Source: a virus | Lineage: Duplodnaviria; Caudoviricetes | Strand: one strand, 5' to 3' | Virus record (IMG/VR): IMGVR_UViG_3300037722_000435 | Coordinates: 2,997 to 66,996 of that record | Length of the DNA: 64,000 bases | In this document: positions 40,548 to 50,462 of the stretch, piece after piece | How positions within the stretch are numbered: position 1 is the stretch's first letter | Layout of the letters: each line of letters opens with the position of its first letter | Translations under genes and position numbers: made by a program | Notes under the pieces: model-generated | What the model was told of the DNA's origin: nothing | The model's database searches: none | What the model saw: only the letters and a program-made list of their open reading frames with translations

Positions 40548-42851
40548 GTGTCAAGCAGAAGATTTTTAGTAACGGCTGCCCAATCGGCATCTTCACACCA
40601 TAGAAATTTTCTTAATGGATTAAAAAATTACGCAAATATAAACGATTCTGAGATTATTATTCTCCCTTGTATAGGTAAAGACGCCTCTGAAGATATTGAC
40701 CAAATATCTCCCGAATTAATGAATATGGGCATTGAAACAAGAAGAAGAAAACTTAATTCCAATATCCAAATTGAACAATTCAATGTAAGACCTTATCAGA
40801 TTGATCCTTTGGTTGGTTTAGAAAGATTTGCACAGAGAGGAACTTCTACAGTTTTTGCTAGCCCAAAACAAAGACTAAAAGCCATACCACACTCTAATTT
40901 TAAGTTACCTAAGTTCTTGATTACCACTGGGGCAGTGACTAGACCGAATTATGCCACTGGACTTAATGTAAGCGCAGAACGTAGAAGATTAGGTAATATT
41001 GCTACGAGAGACCATGTATACGGAGGAGTCGTAATTGAGATAGAAGATGATTTTATCTTTCATCTTAGAAATATAAGGGCTAATTCTAGGGGGAGTTTTG
41101 TTGATTTAGGAGAGAAATTTGATGGAGACAAGACATCCAAAACTAAATTAGAGGCTTTGGTTTTGGGTGATTGGCACACAGGATACACTGATGAAACTGT
41201 CGCTGGAGGAACATATGACATGATAGAAACTTTAGAACCATCCAGATTAGTTATACATGATTTATTTGATGGACATTCTGTTTCACACCACAGAGATAAA
41301 CAATTCATACACCAACATATTCGCGAAGGAGTAGATAAAGGATTTACTAATTTAGCAAAAGAATTAGAATCTTGTAGAAATCAACTATTATTATTTCATG
41401 ATTTAATGAAGGGTAGAGAAGTCTATTTAGTAGCTTGCAATCATCATGAGTTCTTAAATCGTTACTTAGATGAAAGCAGATACACACAAGACGCAGAAAA
41501 CGCTAGAATGGCATTTCGATTGGCTAGTTCTTATGCAGATGGTAAGGATCCTGTAGAAGAGGGGATTAACTTGTTTGGGAAATTACCTAATTCTATTAGA
41601 TTTTTAAAAAGAGATGAAGATTTAAAGATAAGAGGTTATCAATTGTCAAGTCATGGGGATAGAGGACCCGGAGGATGTAGAGGAAGTATTAAATCAAAAG
41701 AAAATGACTTTGGAAGAAGTATTACTGGCCATTGTTTTTCTCAAGATACCGAAATACTAACCAAAGTGGGTTGGAAGTTCTTTGAAGAATTGACTAATGA
41801 AGACTTGGTGGCAACAATGAATCAAGAAGATTTTAAACTAGAGTGGCAATCGATTATCAAATTCTTCAAATATACTGATTATAATGAATTATACAAAATA
41901 AAAGGGAGGTATATAAATCTCTTAGTAACTGGAGATCACAATCTGTTTTACTTAACTGAACCATCGAAAAGATTAATGCGGTTTAAGGCAAAGGATTTTA
42001 ATAAATTATCACAAAGAACCTTCATAAAAGCGATAGAATCTGAAAATATACCAAAATTTGATAAAAACTTTCTGAAATTTATTGTGTGGATATTAGCTGA
42101 TGGTTCGATCGAAGAAGGAAGTTCAATCAGGTGGCATTTTAGAAAAGAAAGAAAAATAATAAGGCTAATTCAACTCCTGAATGATTTAAAGTTAAATTTT
42201 ACAAAAATAAAACAATCAGGTGGTACCACAAAGATAAGACTATGCAATAAAGATTCAAAGAGTTGGATAAATTTATTAACAGAAAAGAAGATTATGCCTG
42301 AATGGTTTAGGGACTTATCCAAAGAGGAGGCCAATATAATCCTAGAAGAATATTCTCATACTGATGGCACCAAATACAGGGACGTAATACAAATATCTAC
42401 GTCAAAAAAATTAGAAGCAGACATCATCCAGCAATTATGTGTTACTAATGGTATCAAATGTTCATTTACTATAAGAAAAAGAAAGAATATTAATCATAAA
42501 CCAAATTACGTTTTATGTGTTGATCCTAAAAGAAGTTGTACACACATACACAAAAAAAGTGTATCATTCAAAAAAGTTAAATATGATGGGTATGTATGGT
42601 GTATTGAGGTTCCAAATCATACATTATTAGTAAGAAGGCAAGGAAATGTTATCCTAGTTGGCAATAGCCATTCTGCTATGGTCATGAGAGATACTTATGT
42701 TGTGGGATGTTCTATGCCCCCAGTAATTTTTTATAATAAAGGGAGTCCTACGAATTGGACACCGACCCACATGGCTTTATGGGAAACTGGCACGGTACAA
42801 TATTTAAATGTCATAAACAAAAAATGGAGGTTAGATGGAACAAAAACATAA
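40548..42851 (+). CDS. Calcineurin-like metallophosphoesterase containing an intein
   Basis: LGDWH, HDLFDG, CNHHE, HGD and GH|SH motifs. TATA at 40520. Confidence 0.75.
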   Translation: MSSRRFLVTAAQSASSHHRNFLNGLKNYANINDSEIIILPCIGKDASEDIDQISPELMNMGIETRRRKLNSNIQIEQFNVRPYQIDPLVGLERFAQRGTSTVFASPKQRLKAIPHSNFKLPKFLITTGAVTRPNYATGLNVSAERRRLGNIATRDHVYGGVVIEIEDDFIFHLRNIRANSRGSFVDLGEKFDGDKTSKTKLEALVLGDWHTGYTDETVAGGTYDMIETLEPSRLVIHDLFDGHSVSHHRDKQFIHQHIREGVDKGFTNLAKELESCRNQLLLFHDLMKGREVYLVACNHHEFLNRYLDESRYTQDAENARMAFRLASSYADGKDPVEEGINLFGKLPNSIRFLKRDEDLKIRGYQLSSHGDRGPGGCRGSIKSKENDFGRSITGHCFSQDTEILTKVGWKFFEELTNEDLVATMNQEDFKLEWQSIIKFFKYTDYNELYKIKGRYINLLVTGDHNLFYLTEPSKRLMRFKAKDFNKLSQRTFIKAIESENIPKFDKNFLKFIVWILADGSIEEGSSIRWHFRKERKIIRLIQLLNDLKLNFTKIKQSGGTTKIRLCNKDSKSWINLLTEKKIMPEWFRDLSKEEANIILEEYSHTDGTKYRDVIQISTSKKLEADIIQQLCVTNGIKCSFTIRKRKNINHKPNYVLCVDPKRSCTHIHKKSVSFKKVKYDGYVWCIEVPNHTLLVRRQGNVILVGNSHSAMVMRDTYVVGCSMPPVIFYNKGSPTNWTPTHMALWETGTVQYLNVINKKWRLDGTKT
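41733..42665 (+). mobile_element. Intein (311 aa) with a LAGLIDADG-type endonuclease
   Basis: TGH|CFSQDTEILTKVGW...VTGDHN...WILADGS...HTDG...VILVGN|SHS. Confidence 0.92.
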
Positions 42852-43104
42852 ATTAGCTTCTCTACTTGAAACTCTTTCTACTTATGAAGTAAATCAGAGT
42901 TTTCTTAGGGCTTACTATGGTAAATGTTGGATGGAGTCTAGGTTGATTCAAATAAGAGTTGGTTTAACTCCAAGACAAGGAGCAGACACTTTAATTCACG
43001 AGTCCTTGCATGCCTACTATTATGATTTAGGCATAGACGCAAGTGAAACCAGAGTAAGAAAAGAAACTAGAGAAATAATGGGGTGGTTATATGGCAAAAA
43101 CTAA
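42835..43104 (+). CDS. Small zincin-like metallopeptidase (HExxH)
   Basis: DTLIHESLHA. Confidence 0.65.
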   Translation: MEQKHKLASLLETLSTYEVNQSFLRAYYGKCWMESRLIQIRVGLTPRQGADTLIHESLHAYYYDLGIDASETRVRKETREIMGWLYGKN

Positions 43105-43342
43105 GATACTTGAAGATAAGTTTGGTAATCCCTACATCTTACTAGACAAAACTGCGAGGAGTATTTTTCCAGATAATATTACACTAACTGTTGACGGACA
43201 AGAGTATCATTTCTTTTTAGAACCTCGAGTTTATTTCCCTAAAGTTGGTGATGGTGTTGTTGTTAATGAACTAATTGCGATTAAGTATTTAACTGCTAGT
43301 AACATGGCAGACCACCTTGATGACTTAATAGATAGAGAATAA
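43091..43342 (+). CDS. Hypothetical protein
   Basis: Coupled ORF at the end of the phosphoesterase unit. Confidence 0.6.
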   Translation: MAKTKILEDKFGNPYILLDKTARSIFPDNITLTVDGQEYHFFLEPRVYFPKVGDGVVVNELIAIKYLTASNMADHLDDLIDRE

Positions 43343-43474
43343 TTATACATTTTAGATATATCTATTTGGGAATAACATATATATAGAAACCTTTAAAAAG
43401 ATGTTTATCCCATAGCTTACATGGGAAAAACTCCTAATTCCAAAAGGAATAAGTTGAAAGGAGGTAAAGAACAA

Positions 43475-44149
43475 ATGGCCGAAAATAATGGATTACTTTG
43501 GGCTATTCTGGCATTAGCAGTAGTCAGTATATTAGTTAGTTCTATAATGGTATTTGGAAATAAAGAGGTAACTGTTCCTCCAATTCCAGCCCCAGAAATA
43601 ACTGACCAAGACAAAGCTGATATTGCGAGTGCGGCTGCACAATTAGTAGTTGCTAATATACCTGCACCAGCACCAACTCCACAACCTATCATTACAGACG
43701 CTTCTGATGGTTCTGAACCTTTAGACAATGATAAAATTGATGCTTTGTATAAAGATTCTAAAATCGATGATGAATTGAAAGCTGAAGAAATTGCTATGGC
43801 TGAATTAAACAGCAAGGATTTCAAGAAACAACTAAAAGATGTTTTGAATGCTGAAATTCTACTATTGAGTAATGATAATCATGACCAATATGGACTTCAG
43901 ATAGACTCTTACAAAGATATTGAAGATGTCTATAATGTGAACACAGAAGAGGTAAAGGTTTGGCATGGGAAGGGATACGTGGAAATAGAATTCAAAGTAA
44001 GTTATATTTTAGATGATGACGAAGACGAAGTCGCAAAGGCAAGATTGACTATTAAATACACAATAGAAGACCTTGATGAAGACGAAGAATTCGTTGACGC
44101 TGAAATTACTGAAGACTTCGAAGTCTTAGCTATCAAACTATACGGATAA
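43475..44149 (+). CDS. Membrane-anchored acidic protein with a Pro-rich linker
   Basis: GGAGGT RBS, N-terminal TM, PAPAPTPQP linker, acidic ectodomain. TATA at 43392. Confidence 0.75.
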   Translation: MAENNGLLWAILALAVVSILVSSIMVFGNKEVTVPPIPAPEITDQDKADIASAAAQLVVANIPAPAPTPQPIITDASDGSEPLDNDKIDALYKDSKIDDELKAEEIAMAELNSKDFKKQLKDVLNAEILLLSNDNHDQYGLQIDSYKDIEDVYNVNTEEVKVWHGKGYVEIEFKVSYILDDDEDEVAKARLTIKYTIEDLDEDEEFVDAEITEDFEVLAIKLYG

Positions 44150-44156
44150 ACCGTAT

Positions 44157-44183
44157 GATTTTTATTTTTTTTCTTTTTATTTA
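44157..44183. terminator. Oligo-T tract at the convergence of the two gene blocks
   Basis: T-run between convergent stop codons. Similar tracts follow the MCP (about 7765), 8556 and the tail tube gene (about 20575). Confidence 0.6.
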
Positions 44184-44630
44184 AATTATATATTCTTCTA
44201 GAACTATTCTTAAATCTTCTATTGGATTAATCTTTTTATTGACCGCGAGATTATTAAGTAATCTATCTCCCCAGTTAGACAATACTTTCTTTAATGGGAC
44301 TTCGATCCATACACAATCTTTAAATCTCTCATTCATTTTGTCTCTCCATTTTTTGTCCACTTTTTCTTGTATTTCATAGACTATTCTATTTGGTCCCTTA
44401 TTATACTTCTCAAAAAGCCAAATTTCGATGTCCGGATAATGAGAATTTGGTTCTTCTTGTGCGAACTCTGTATAAATTATACACTTGTTTCTATTCTTAT
44501 GTTTTCTTCTTAATAAACGAACTAATAGTGTTTTTACAACATCATGTAAATCTACAGATTCATTAGCATTTCTTATTTTTATACTATCTAAGCGTTTGTA
44601 ATCGAGTTTCATCTGACACATTTCCAGCAT
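44181..44630 (-). CDS. Possible PD-(D/E)xK-fold protein
   Basis: YPDIEI...VYEIQ. Confidence 0.45.
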   Translation of the reverse strand: MLEMCQMKLDYKRLDSIKIRNANESVDLHDVVKTLLVRLLRRKHKNRNKCIIYTEFAQEEPNSHYPDIEIWLFEKYNKGPNRIVYEIQEKVDKKWRDKMNERFKDCVWIEVPLKKVLSNWGDRLLNNLAVNKKINPIEDLRIVLEEYII

Positions 44631-44866
44631 ATAACATTACGCCCAGTGTATTTAGATTTACCTATTTTACTAACGCCCACTAACTTCTTGGACCTCAATT
44701 CTTGGCAGCGAGGTGTAATCGAATTAATCGGTAAACCGAGAAACTTACTGATTGTTAGATTATCTGCTTCTCCTAATTGTTTAATCGCTAAATAAACATC
44801 CATCTGTCTTTTGCCTAACTCTTTCTTTATGCTTTCAAATGCTTCTAAAGATGTTTGGGCTATCAT
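44609..44866 (-). CDS. Winged-helix DNA-binding protein
   Basis: VYLAIKQLG...ISKFLGLPINSITPRCQEL...TGR pattern. Confidence 0.75.
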   Translation of the reverse strand: MIAQTSLEAFESIKKELGKRQMDVYLAIKQLGEADNLTISKFLGLPINSITPRCQELRSKKLVGVSKIGKSKYTGRNVICWKCVR

Positions 44867-45653
44867 TTAATCCTCTCTCCATCATAGTATTCATATAATT
44901 GATGCCTAACTTCTCCGTTATATGCTTGATAAGAAAACTGAGCAGTTAATCTGTCTTTTCCTTTACCTAAGTAATTTTTATCTAAACCTATGTCAAATCC
45001 CATAAATCCAACTCTGTGTTCTTCTCTCTTAATTAATTCCTTCACTAAATTAGCCAGACTCTTCTTTTGTTTCCCCATTTTTCTCATCCAATTGAGTAAT
45101 TAAATACTTGATTACTGATTCAAAGGTATCACAATTGTTTGACCCGCGCATTGAGTTAATCTTCCTCCATGTTTCCAAGTCTATTCTAATTGTTTTAAAT
45201 GATTCCTTTTCCATCTTCTTTCTCCTTTATATCTTTATTTCTATCTATCTCTCTTTCTTTTAATCCAATTAATTCGGCTACTGTGTCATCTTGGATTTTA
45301 TTCCTTTTCTTGTGAACAGCACGCATAAGTGCATTACGTGTTTCCTCAAATCTTTCAATATTTGTTTTTAAATCTTGAAATTCAATATCGTGGATCAACA
45401 TAAGAGCATCAATTTGTCCATCTATATAAGCCCCTTCTAATACTCTCTCTTCTATATCTCTTTGCTTTTGAAATTCTTTTATCCATTCAATCACTATTTG
45501 TCTTAAATCTTCTTCCTTAATTACTTTTTTGATATTTACACTTGGAGTATTTGAACATTCAGGACACCATCCGTCTTCATAAGTTGTATTATCACATTTT
45601 ATACAGAATGTATCTATATATCCCAAATCTTTAATTGTTTTTAATTCACTCAT
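44863..45653 (-). other. Small hypothetical early genes (44863-45087, 45195-45653)
   Basis: Co-oriented, RBS-preceded ORFs with no recognisable motifs. Confidence 0.55.
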
Positions 45654-45789
45654 TTTTCCATAACCTCCACTTTAATTAATGTGCCTTTTTCTTCACTCTC
45701 AATAAAGAACCCTTCACAAATTACTCCATTTTCGTCTGAATCTATATACTTTACAAGTGCTACTTCTCCATACCCTTTTATTTTCTTAT

Positions 45790-45990
45790 TCATTCTCTTT
45801 TCTCCTTAGCTTTAGCTATACTATCAATAGCAGAATACTTAATATACACATCTTCACCATCCCTGTCTATAAGATGTAGTGAATCTTCTCCGAATTCTAC
45901 AACTTCACCACTATAAACTCTTTTATTCTCTAATGTAATGAATACTTTTCCGTATTTTTCGCATATATCTTTTATAAATCCGATGTCCAT
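45790..45990 (-). CDS. Sm/LSm/Hfq-like fold protein
   Basis: 66 aa: a helix, then VFITLENKRVYSGEVVEFGEDSLHLID and VYIKYSAIDSI. Confidence 0.6.
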   Translation of the reverse strand: MDIGFIKDICEKYGKVFITLENKRVYSGEVVEFGEDSLHLIDRDGEDVYIKYSAIDSIAKAKEKRE

Positions 45991-46098
45991 ATTACTCTCT
46001 TCTCCTTCTTTCTAAAAATGGAATGATTATCCCCCAAGAGAATATTACCCCAATTAAGATGCCAATTCCTCCAGAAAGTAACTGATTTATTATTTCCA

Positions 46099-47632
46099 TT
46101 ATTTTTTCTCCCATTTATCAAAATCTAACCATAGAAGGATATTTTCCCTGTTCTTAGTTAATCTCATTAGAGATCGAATAACTCTTTTTATTTCCCTACT
46201 ATCTAAATCTATTTCTATATCTAATAATTCATTCATAACATCTTCATCAAAATTTAGAAAATAAATTAAGGTTTCTGATGTTTTTGGAGTGATTTTGTAC
46301 TTCCCCAATCTTTTTTTTATGAAATTTATGTCTTTATGCTTCAAGGATCCATAATTAAATCTTTTAATCTGTGCGTACATACTAAAATAAGAGTCATAAT
46401 CTCCTGAATTTTGAGTTTCTCCTTTATTCATTTTTATTCTCCAAGTTTGAATCTAATTGTTTTATTGATTTGATTACAATCGCCCTATCAATCTCCTCAT
46501 CAATCTCCTCAATATCCCCTCTACATAAATAGTCACTATTGAATCCCAAACACATAATTTCTTTTAAATTGAGTTCATTTATACTCTTATTTCCAAATCG
46601 CTTATATGCTAAATACACCAGAGGGTTCTTTTTAATATCACAAGGGAAAAATTGTCTTTTAAAGTTCTCAATATCTATTTCTAAATTCATTTTCCTTAAA
46701 CTATTTTTTAACTCATCTACCTCTAAAGATTTTAACCTTCTAATTTTCTCTAATCCCTTTAAATCACAATCCGAACACATTGTAATACCAAACATTCTTT
46801 TTAATAAAGATATTCTTTTGTTACATTTATAGCAGTATTTACTTTTCATTTAAAACCTCTATACCAATTTAATTTTTTAATAAATATATAACTCCAGCCT
46901 AAAGTAATTAATAACCAGATACTTCCAATTATCCAAGATTTATTAACAAATTGTTCAATCGCAAATAATATTCCTAAAAGAACTATTACTCCTTTATTCC
47001 ATAATCCTTCATAAACTTCTCTCTTCAATAAATTGTCTTTCATTCTCTCCACAAATTCTTGACATATAACCTTATTGGTTAAACTCTCTTTCTTCCATTT
47101 CATAAGTTCTATTTGCCTTTTTCTTACTTCTGGATTTTTATATTTCATTCTTCATACTCCTCTTTTTCTAAATTAACCCAGAAAACACTAATCGGATTAA
47201 TCCAGTGTCCATTTTGAGTGTCTGAGTTAATTCCATCTAAATTAGGTATCCAGTAAAATTCTCTCTTTTTAAGTGCATTTGTTAAGTTAATTAAAATCTT
47301 TTGAGCTTCTTTTTCAGCTTTTTTCTTATCTTCAAACACATAATAAATACTATCAGGCGAACCATGAACAGTTAATACATATCTTACTTTTATGACTTCT
47401 GGCTTTTCTATTTCAATCTTTTCTACTTTTTTCTTAAATAAACTCATTTTTCACTCCTATTTACTGAAATTTTAACACGATTGCTAGAACTTTGTACAAC
47501 GATTAATTCATTAGTCTGTGGTTCTACATAAATTCCGATGTCCAAGTCCACATTTTTAACATTTTTTGGAACTTTCTCCAATACTTTAGAGATATAATCA
47601 GACAAGTTTAAGTGGTTTGCCATTAAATCCAA
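46099..47632 (-). other. Five coupled hypothetical early genes (46099-46431, 46424-46849, 46846-47148, 47145-47447, 47444-47632)
   Basis: ATGA-type overlaps. One has CxxC pairs and one has two TM segments. Confidence 0.6.
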
Positions 47633-47798
47633 TCTCCTTGTCGGTCTCCAGAACCATTTAAATCGAGATGTTCTTCTAAAACAATCTCATCTCCACATTC
47701 ACATTGCCTAATCAAATCTCCATCTTCATCTGTGAATTCTATAAATCTCTCTATTTGTTTACACATACTACATTGTCTGAAATCAGTGATTTGTGTTG

Positions 47799-48137
47799 TC
47801 ATTTCTTCCCATCCTTAACGAAAACTACCCGACCATTCCCGATCGAGTGAGCGAGACTCCCGCTGCCCGAGTCGAGATCGAGGTCCCTGCCCAGGCACAA
47901 CCCCGAAGCGTAGTTATTTCTCTTAGCCCACTTAGTCTGTTCACACCAAAACCAATTAGATTTTCCTTTATATTCTCCTAAGAAATCTTCGGATTTATCA
48001 CTCTCAAGCAAATCCCACAGTTCTTGAACTTTTATTTTTCTGAATCCCTTGGGAACTTTTATTTTATAATATGGTTTAGTCCATGTCTTTATAGGAGTTA
48101 TTTCTAAGTCTTTGAATTTGAATAGTTTCGTTGTCAT
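47799..48137 (-). CDS. Small protein ending in a DGR-type variable region (C-type-lectin-like)
   Basis: WFWC...YASGLCLGRDLDLDSGSGSLAHSIGNGRVVFV. The 3' end is 63% GC against about 30% background, with an NNC/NNT codon pattern. Confidence 0.7.
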   Translation of the reverse strand: MTTKLFKFKDLEITPIKTWTKPYYKIKVPKGFRKIKVQELWDLLESDKSEDFLGEYKGKSNWFWCEQTKWAKRNNYASGLCLGRDLDLDSGSGSLAHSIGNGRVVFVKDGKK

Positions 48138-48328
48138 CTTTTCGCTCCCTCGTCTAGATCCCCCTCGTTGAAACTTGTGTAAATCATCTTACAATTAAAG
48201 CAAATCTGAGTGATTGCATCGTGATAAGTACTATATGCCACTTGTTGCACATGCCCTTCTTTTTGGCAGTATTTTATTGATTCTCTGACTTGTTTCTCAC
48301 CCTCATGGATTATCTCAAATTTATTCAT
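48134..48328 (-). CDS. Small Cys/His protein
   Basis: CQKEGH...HDAITQICFNC. Confidence 0.55.
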   Translation of the reverse strand: MNKFEIIHEGEKQVRESIKYCQKEGHVQQVAYSTYHDAITQICFNCKMIYTSFNEGDLDEGAKR

Positions 48329-48623
48329 TTTGATACTCCCATCCTTCTAGTGGTTTTATTTCTTTCAAAAATATTAATGTATCAATTCCTAACTGAATAT
48401 GTTTGCACACTTTCTTTTGTTCTTTATTAGACTCAGTTTGAGACCAATTCTGAGAAAATTCACAGCTACAACACGACATAGGATTAATTTGGGCAATACC
48501 ATTTTTAGTAGGAATTCTAACAGAATATAACTTACTACTTAATATTTCAAAGTAATAAATAGGATTATCCAAATTATCTACCGTTCTTTCAAATTTTATT
48601 ACTCTACATTGGCTGCTCTTCAA
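48321..48623 (-). CDS. SWIM Zn-finger protein
   Basis: CSC...CKH. Confidence 0.7.
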   Translation of the reverse strand: MKSSQCRVIKFERTVDNLDNPIYYFEILSSKLYSVRIPTKNGIAQINPMSCCSCEFSQNWSQTESNKEQKKVCKHIQLGIDTLIFLKEIKPLEGWEYQNE

Positions 48624-49107
48624 TTTCTTTCTCCTGTATTTCTTTATGTTCTATCTGTCTTGCTTTCCACACCCATTGTTCCATACTTTCTGCCCAGGCA
48701 TAAACATCATCTATTTTGATCTTGTCTGCAATTACTAATTCAACTCCCCGATTCAAAGTGTTTTGTCTTATTATCCTTGCATCCTTGCTCATCCAATCAT
48801 CTTTACTCATTCTATCAGAAATAACCTTGTCAGCAGTCTGAAATTGAGTATTTTGGGTATTTATTGGGATAGATGATGGTGTAATAGTCAGTAAGGTATT
48901 ATATTTACCATCTGTCTTGTAATCAATTTCTACATTCATATCTTTCTTTATTCTTCCGTTGAATATATCTTCTGCGAGATCCTTATCAAAAGAACTAAAT
49001 GTTTTTCCACTTACTTTAATAACTGACCTCTTCCAGGGTTTATTATTTGTTTCTCCAGATTTGACAACGGCCTCTTCAATTATTCCAGTGTGTTTTTGTT
49101 CTGTCAT
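48604..49107 (-). CDS. Probable OB-fold ssDNA-binding protein
   Basis: Beta-rich N-terminus (KPWKRSVIKV, VEIDYKTDGKY) and acidic tail. TATA 29 nt upstream. Confidence 0.5.
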   Translation of the reverse strand: MTEQKHTGIIEEAVVKSGETNNKPWKRSVIKVSGKTFSSFDKDLAEDIFNGRIKKDMNVEIDYKTDGKYNTLLTITPSSIPINTQNTQFQTADKVISDRMSKDDWMSKDARIIRQNTLNRGVELVIADKIKIDDVYAWAESMEQWVWKARQIEHKEIQEKEIEEQPM

Positions 49108-49159
49108 GGTTTATTTAAGATTATCTACTTTATAAACTTTTCTTACGACTACAGAGTAA

Positions 49160-49987
49160 CTAAGCCATCTTTGTGTTCAACTGTCGTAATTTATGTTTTA
49201 AATCTATAACCTCCATTCTGTTTATCTCATTCTCCCATATCCTCATTACTTTATAACCTTTTGCATTAAGTTGTTTGGTTCTTAATTTATCTCGCCTCTT
49301 CTGATTCTTTTGTTTATCAGTTAGTTCGTCTGCTCCAAATATCTCAGTGTTACCATGCCAGTAATCTCCATCACATTCAATAATTAAGTTCATAGTAGGG
49401 ATATAAATATCACAGTGATAAGCATTATCTATCTCCATATATTTGTGTGGCACATAGAATATACCTAATATATTTAACAATTTCTGAATTTTCAATTCTA
49501 TAGAACTGTCTTGTTTTGGTATAATTATATGAGACATTCTCTCTTTAAATTTTTTTATATTAGATGGGGAGTTACTAATTGTAATCATCTTTTTTCGGAT
49601 TTTTTCTCTATGGTCATTAGACAAATTCCTTCCCTTTAATGCTAATGAAACTTTGTGATTATGCTCTCTCGTCTTAGGTTTGCCCTTCAAAGATTTAGAT
49701 ATATTATTCTTATGAGATACAGATAACTTTTTGCCTTTATGTACATCACTCAGCTTTAATCTGTGATCTGTAGCCCACCTTATACCTTTGTTCCATGAGG
49801 GTTTGCCTTTCTTAGAATTACTCATTTTTTCTCTTGTGTGAATAGACGGACTCCAACCTCTGTGAGATAGTCCATATTTTTCAACCCTTTTATCTTTTTC
49901 TTTTGTTAATCCTTTGTTCCAAGCAACTGCCCCATACCTTTTAAGAAGAGTTGTTCTCCATTTGTTGATGGTTTCTTTAGAACGCAT
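49160..49987 (-). CDS. NUMOD3-repeat endonuclease with a DUF559/Vsr-like domain
   Basis: WNKG and HTREKMS repeats. CDIYIP..NLIIECDGDYWH...D..RT..L...GYKVMRIWE. Confidence 0.88.
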   Translation of the reverse strand: MRSKETINKWRTTLLKRYGAVAWNKGLTKEKDKRVEKYGLSHRGWSPSIHTREKMSNSKKGKPSWNKGIRWATDHRLKLSDVHKGKKLSVSHKNNISKSLKGKPKTREHNHKVSLALKGRNLSNDHREKIRKKMITISNSPSNIKKFKERMSHIIIPKQDSSIELKIQKLLNILGIFYVPHKYMEIDNAYHCDIYIPTMNLIIECDGDYWHGNTEIFGADELTDKQKNQKRRDKLRTKQLNAKGYKVMRIWENEINRMEVIDLKHKLRQLNTKMA

Positions 49988-49999
49988 TTTAAATTAGTA

Positions 50000-50440
50000 T
50001 CAACACATTTTTGTATTTATCTGCCTTCGTAAAACTTTGATATTACTATCTGCTGTTAGTATTTGTTCTTTTACTTTGTTTATAGCGTTCTTAATAGGTT
50101 TATAGTATTTAGCTTCTTTAAAGTCTTCTTCTAATTTAGGAATTATCTTAGATTGTCTTTTAACTTCTAATAATTGTAATTCTGTCTTTAATTTCTGGAT
50201 CTTTAAGAAGTCTTCATCTTCTAATTCTTTTAGTTGGTTCTCGGCGGATTCTTTTTTTGATTCTTCTTCCTTTAACATAACTTCTTTTCTTTTAATTTCT
50301 TCAGGAGATAATTGTAATCTTTTCTTCTCTTGCTTTTTAAGTAATTCTGGAGATTGCTTTTGTTCTATTATTTTAACTTCGCTTTGTAATTGAGTAATTA
50401 AGTCCTTGATTTTGTTTATGTCAGTTTGATTTGTTTCCAT
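50000..50440 (-). CDS. Coiled-coil protein
   Basis: K/E/Q-rich heptad pattern. Confidence 0.7.
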   Translation of the reverse strand: METNQTDINKIKDLITQLQSEVKIIEQKQSPELLKKQEKKRLQLSPEEIKRKEVMLKEEESKKESAENQLKELEDEDFLKIQKLKTELQLLEVKRQSKIIPKLEEDFKEAKYYKPIKNAINKVKEQILTADSNIKVLRRQINTKMC

Positions 50441-50462
50441 TGTATTATGTGATTATTGTTAC

